42,956 nucleotides of DNA, from assembly GCA_910592345.1 (NCBI GenBank), contig CAJVPI010000202.1, positions 1 to 42,956 on the forward strand. The letters are read 5' to 3'. This DNA is from Paraglomus brasilianum. Taxonomy: Eukaryota. Positions 38,031 through 42,956 of this stretch are shown one piece after another (the stretch's first letter is position 1; every line of letters begins with the position of its first letter). The translations under genes were made by a program, and so were the position numbers. The notes under the pieces are model-generated. The model made no database searches and was not told where the DNA came from. It saw only the letters and a program-made list of their open reading frames with translations.

Positions 38031-38955
38031 CTTATACATTTAGCATTAAACTATAAAATCGAAACACTGTTCTGAGTTCGTTTTTGGAGGAGACTTTTTT
38101 TTATTATTATGTTAAAACGAATAAAAAACTATTCTTCTGATTAAAAACTTTCGGCGTCTAATGAATATTAAATACAATTTTGAGTTTGCATATAACAATT
38201 TGCTTATTCTTGAAAACGCGAAAAATCGATCTTCGTCGCTATCATTATTAATCAACAACCGATAACTCAACAACCAAGAATCCTATGTTCACGGAATTTA
38301 TTTATTGATTGTAGTAATGTCAATACATGATATTAAGTACGATTATTATGACACAAGTATACGTCTCAAGGTTGCTAGAACATATTTGAGCAATTATTAT
38401 CTACACATGTAAATTATTGATAAGCCAGCCCAGACAGATCCTTGAATAAACGCGGACGTTGGTGACAATAAATAGCAGGGAAATAGGAAATACCCAATTC
38501 CATTGTATCCATCGTAGACGCGAATTTATTAACAGAGACTGGGAACTTCGTATTGATAATGCGTCCCAATCCTACAGATAAAATACATGACTGTTAGTAG
38601 AACATTGTAGTGATTATGTTCAGATCCTGGAATTATTAGTTATATCGCGAGATTACATTATATCGAGCCCAATTTTATTATAACTGACTTGGTTCCGGGG
38701 AAAAGCATCATGTTAGGCCAACTTCATCTTATCGGGGGATCATTATATTGAGAGTGACTGTGTAATTAGCAATAGAAATAGAACCAAATTAGTTATAGAT
38801 ATTTTCGTAAATGTGGGAGAGCAAAGAAATAACTTGATGCTGGGACGGCCTAAGTCCGCGTACTCCCTCCCTCTTTTAACCTTATCTAAGTTGTGATATG
38901 TCATTTAAATTCGCTTTCCTTTTTTATTGCTTCGGATTTCGGAATCTATCGTGTA

Positions 38956-40390
38956 CATAGTCACTCTCGATAAGTCGGACTCATCGACTTATCGAGTTTC
39001 ATATATTTTATATTGAAAAATGTACTTTTATTTAAATATAAGTAATAGGCAATATCAACTATTATATGCGAATTCATTTTTTACAAAAAACATCCAACGT
39101 GAGCTGCTTTAGAGAAGCAGTTTGATTTCTTCCAATTTGAAGCTGTAGTAGTAGGTCTTTCATTCCTGAGATTACTGATACATTTACTTTTACGTCAGAA
39201 TGTTGTTGTAAATAGTTGAAAGAAGCTATATTTGATATTGTTATGGATTCTTCTTTCCCTTCCTCTTCCTCTGCACTGCAGCAATTATATCTGCTTTATC
39301 AATCATACCAGCTACTTATATCCTAGTATTAATGTTAATGTAATCAATATCGTCAACATTCATTTAATGCATAAGCGATTGGACTTCATTTTCCGATTCA
39401 CTTTCTCCTTCATGCGTTTCCTTGTCAGGCAAAATGCCTGTCCTTTAGTTTGGTAATTTCCATATCGAGTTCTTGGTGTTCGTCAAATGCTCGAATCCTA
39501 TCTTCGCATAATAATTTTCTATAATGAGCCTAATACAAAGAAATAAATGTAAGTTCTCTTTTACTAAAACATGAGAAAGTAATGTACGTGTATAATTACT
39601 TTGAATGAATTTATTATGCCCTGATCAATCGGCTGAAGGTGAGAAGTTGTGTTTGGTGGAAGAAAATGTTACTTAATTCTTCTATTTCACTTTCAACCAA
39701 TTGATGTGATGAAGCATTGTCTACTAATTATAAGAGATTTCTTCGCCTTTTCCATATTTCTCTGTTAAATTGTTTGATCCATGCTTTAAAAATAGAGCGT
39801 TGTATCCATGATACATTGTTCCAGTAATATTGCACAGGAAGTGTTCGTTTATCAATATGGTGAATACAGCATGGATTTTTATATTTATAAATGAATACTG
39901 GAATAGCAGAGGTAGTTTGTGAGTTCTAGTCGCGTTACATGTAAGCATTATAGTGGTTCTGTCTTTGGTTTTTCTAGTCCACTAATAGGTCCGCTGGCAA
40001 GTGATTTATGGGGGTTCTAACTTCCAGTAGAGACCAGTCTCGTCTGCATTATATACGTCTTCTAAATCATACTGCAAAATTACAGATTGGAGAATCCAGG
40101 TAATTCATTAATCGGTGCGCTCGCTGCTTCTCCCAATTTATAATATTCCTTAATATTGTTTCATTTTTTGAAGTTTGCCATCCAGCCCTGTTTAAAAACA
40201 GATAGACAAGTAATGGTAATTATATATAATTAGCAAAATTGATCACCCATTAGTTTAACGATAATACGAAAGAAAATTGATACTTTCTTGCAAGGATTTG
40301 AAATCAGGAATATTTAACCTTTCAGCGAATTGTATTGCAAATTGTTGACCAACCTCCTCATACGTTTTAGTTGGATTGTTTGACATACTG
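38956..40390 (-). mobile_element. Degenerate pogo/Tigger-type (CENP-B HTH + DDE_1) transposon with spliceosomal introns
   Basis: GWMANFKK*NNI...GEAASAP, VYNADETGLYWK, KDRTTIMLTCNAT..HKLP, YYWNNVSWI..IFKAWI, LVDNASSH, FLPPNTTSHLQPIDQGIINSFK; stops and frameshifts; terminal AGTCACTCTCGATAAGTCG with a 12-bp hairpin (38966-38996). Confidence 0.9.
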
Positions 40391-40427
40391 TAATTCTTTT
40401 TTTTTTTTTTAATATTGATAAGTGTAA

Positions 40428-41160
40428 TTAATTTTGTAATATCTCAGTGTAATATTTTGCATCCATTATTTGTCTAAAACAAAATAAAGATGTCTTACTT
40501 TTTACGCAAAATCCACCCCATGCGAAGATTTTGCGTCGGTCCTTCGCAATTAGTCTCACATCCTTATGCCATTGTTTTATTGTGTTGCGAAACAGTTGGA
40601 AAGAAGTCTCATCACCAAATAAGGTCTTATTCCAATTGTCATCTATATACTTTTTGGCCCATTCAATACGCTTTTGTTTATGATCCGATGTGAGCATAGG
40701 AGTATTAAGAGGGTGTGCATTTCGATACTCATGCTCAGGTAAATGCCTTGTTACTGTTGAGCGTGAGACTTCTATTCCAATGCAATGTTTTTTAACTTAT
40801 CCGCAATTTCTTTTTGCAGAAAGTAGGGATTTCTTCGAATATATAGGCTGATTGCTTTTTATGGCGGCCATTCCCCTTATTATTATATCGCCAGTTTTAT
40901 AAGAGTACGGTATATAGTTTCGAGTGGAATCTTTGTCAGAGTGGATTTCAGAAGCATTGCGCGTTCCCCTGCTTCTAGAATTGTAATATTATCTAGCGTT
41001 GGTCTTCTTGCTTAGATGGAGCCATTTCACAACGAAATAAAAACAAGGGTTGAAGAGCGATTGAAATTATAAAGCGCGTAAAATGATAACACAATCAAGT
41101 TTTTGTTTTTATTTACATAATTAATGACGCGATTTGGTCCAAAATTGAGAAAGTTACGTA
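40428..41160 (-). mobile_element. Truncated Tc1/mariner element (5' half of transposase)
   Basis: MAPSKQEDQR* start at 41025; PMLTSDHKQKRIEWAKK...WNKTLFGDETSFQLF...KIFAWGGF...IMDAKYYTEILQN; multiple stops; truncated against the pogo relic. Confidence 0.9.
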
Positions 41161-41199
41161 TACACAAACTGCAGTGAAACATTTTATATTTATTGTGGA

Positions 41200-41294
41200 G
41201 CTGATGCTGAAATCTGGCTGAAGCTGAAACCATCCAATGGGGTTAGAGAATAAAATCTGATCAACCAATGAAAGGTCATGGTTTCAGCATCAGC
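41200..41294. repeat. Short inverted-repeat element
   Basis: GCTGATGCTGAAA and GCTGAAGCTGAAACCAT (41200-41233) versus ATGGTTTCAGCATCAGC (41278-41294). Confidence 0.6.
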
Positions 41295-41616
41295 CGTGAC
41301 ATTTATTCATGCAAGCGCTTGCTCTTCAATGATGTAATAATTACGTATTTTGGTATACTCATAATAATAACGTATTCTAAAAAAGCAAACGAGGCGTATA
41401 AGCGACCGTGAAAAAAAGGGGGCGAAAAATTTGTCGTGATGCACCTTTTATTTTCGTTTTCTTGTGCTTTTATAAAGTTATATAAATACCTCTTTTCCCC
41501 ATCCTCAACAAACCAACCTTATCTCAGATTTCGCTAGGAGCTTGACCTGCGGAGGCTTTGTGCATCAGAAATGATGTCCTTGGTCACATCAAAACTCTGC
41601 GATGGTGTAGACTTGT

Positions 41617-42827
41617 TTGGGCAATGAAGTTTTGAGATCACGAGCATGGATTCGACAAAATAAAAATAAGTTGGAAACGCCAGCATCTCTTAACGAGTAT
41701 CAGCCATCTGTCTTAAAACAATTTACTACTAAGTTTGTTTCGACTATTCAACATTTGTTTATCAGCAGAAACCATCTTCCCTCTACCTTGCCATCAACAA
41801 TCTCCAAACCCTCCAAAACCTCCATGATATCATTGCCTTCAGAAGAACAAGAGACACCTACCTTGTCGAACTATCATAATCAGCGTCAGCCGGCTTGATG
41901 TGGAGACGGTCGTCGGCATTGCCAAAGACATTGCCCGTGACGGCTACCGGAATAGCCTTGAGCAAATATCGAAACGCGTAGATACCACTATAGCTTCTCA
42001 ATTAGCCTCTTCAAGCTTGCTCAGCATCTTTTCCAAGAAACCACTTGTGAGCACAGAAGTTTCAAATTTTACTGCGCAGTGCGATAAAATACTATGTCAA
42101 AAGACTTTATGGATGCTATAATTATGAACATTCAAAAGGAAAAATGGGCAGTCATACAGAAAAAACAAGCACATGTCACGACCATCAACTGTCTCTCAAC
42201 GACACCGCTGCAAGTCTCGTTAACGACATTACATACACTACACGGAAATCAACCGTCATATATACACGACATGTGCCATTGCGAGTTAGGGTTTATATTC
42301 CTGGTGCTAGAAAAGAGGGACGCCGACAGCCATTTATCGTATAGGCAAAGGCAAGTACCGGCCTATAGATATTCTCAGGGCCGGCCCTCGTCCCCCCATA
42401 CCTGTCTCGTCATGTCGCGAGTATCCTAAAAAAGGCCTGGATTTGATTATGAAAGAACCAGAAAACAACACCACTCACCTAGAAGCCACCCTCCAGCGAC
42501 TCCTACCAGTCCAGAATATATCCCTGCCTCCCTAATATCGGAGATCTGATATCCCTCGGAAGATGTTTGGACAAAAACCCCATAAATATGTCTGAAGCAT
42601 CCAATGACCTCATTTGCGCGGGCGCTTTTCGAACATTTCTATTTGTTATACAAGAACGACATCCTGTTACTATTCTCTACGACCAACAACCAATGTCTGA
42701 AAACGAGTATAACGCGTACATCTGGGCACCTTTACTCATGTTACGGCGAGCTGATCTGATGAATCAGATAAGTGAGTCACATGATAAAATCTTCCTCCGT
42801 AGTCAAACAAACAAAGATTTAAATTAG
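41617..42827 (+). pseudogene. Frameshifted relic of an unidentified protein-coding gene
   Basis: Consecutive protein-like + strand ORF fragments in shifting frames (…KEKWAVIQKKQAHVTTIN / SLNDTAASLVNDITYTTRKST… / PMSENEYNAYIWAPLL); family not recognised with confidence. Confidence 0.4.
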
Positions 42828-42956
42828 GTTGTTATTATTATTATTTATGAGTCCATTTTACCTAAACCAAGAAATACCTACGATATGGATTCAGCTGCAG
42901 GTATGGTTACACGTTGATACAAATAACGTCAATTTACAATATTAACACCGTGCATT

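Overview
Eukaryotic, AT-rich, intron-dense fungal-type DNA. Gene content, intron density and transposon types suggest an early-diverging fungus (Mucoromycota-like); this is an inference. By hand-splicing I can support 13 housekeeping genes: POL1 (5' part, runs off the left edge), NF-YB/HAP3, Atg14/UVRAG family, TMEM14, CWC27, mitochondrial ribosomal S6, cornichon/ERV14, RPT6, PRI1, a YOP1/REEP-like gene, FANCI, a DJP1-like DnaJ and 14-3-3. There is also an intronless animal-type UHRF1 (UBL-PHD-SRA-RING, no tandem Tudor). Accessory islands (~1.3-4 kb, 14.5-20 kb, 36.5-43 kb) hold Tc1 and pogo relics, MITEs and a damaged, intron-containing Mrr-like nuclease gene. Most notable: (1) the Tudor-less UHRF1, together with CpG-decay marks in a nearby transposon relic; (2) two minor-spliceosome (U12) introns, AT-AC in NF-YB and GT-AG in ERV14; (3) ACGCGT (MCB) boxes upstream of all four S-phase/repair genes (POL1, PRI1, FANCI, UHRF1), which lie within ~34 kb; (4) four GC-AG introns and a 5-nt microexon. 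All protein identifications are from recalled family motifs, not database searches; exon boundaries are hand-derived.
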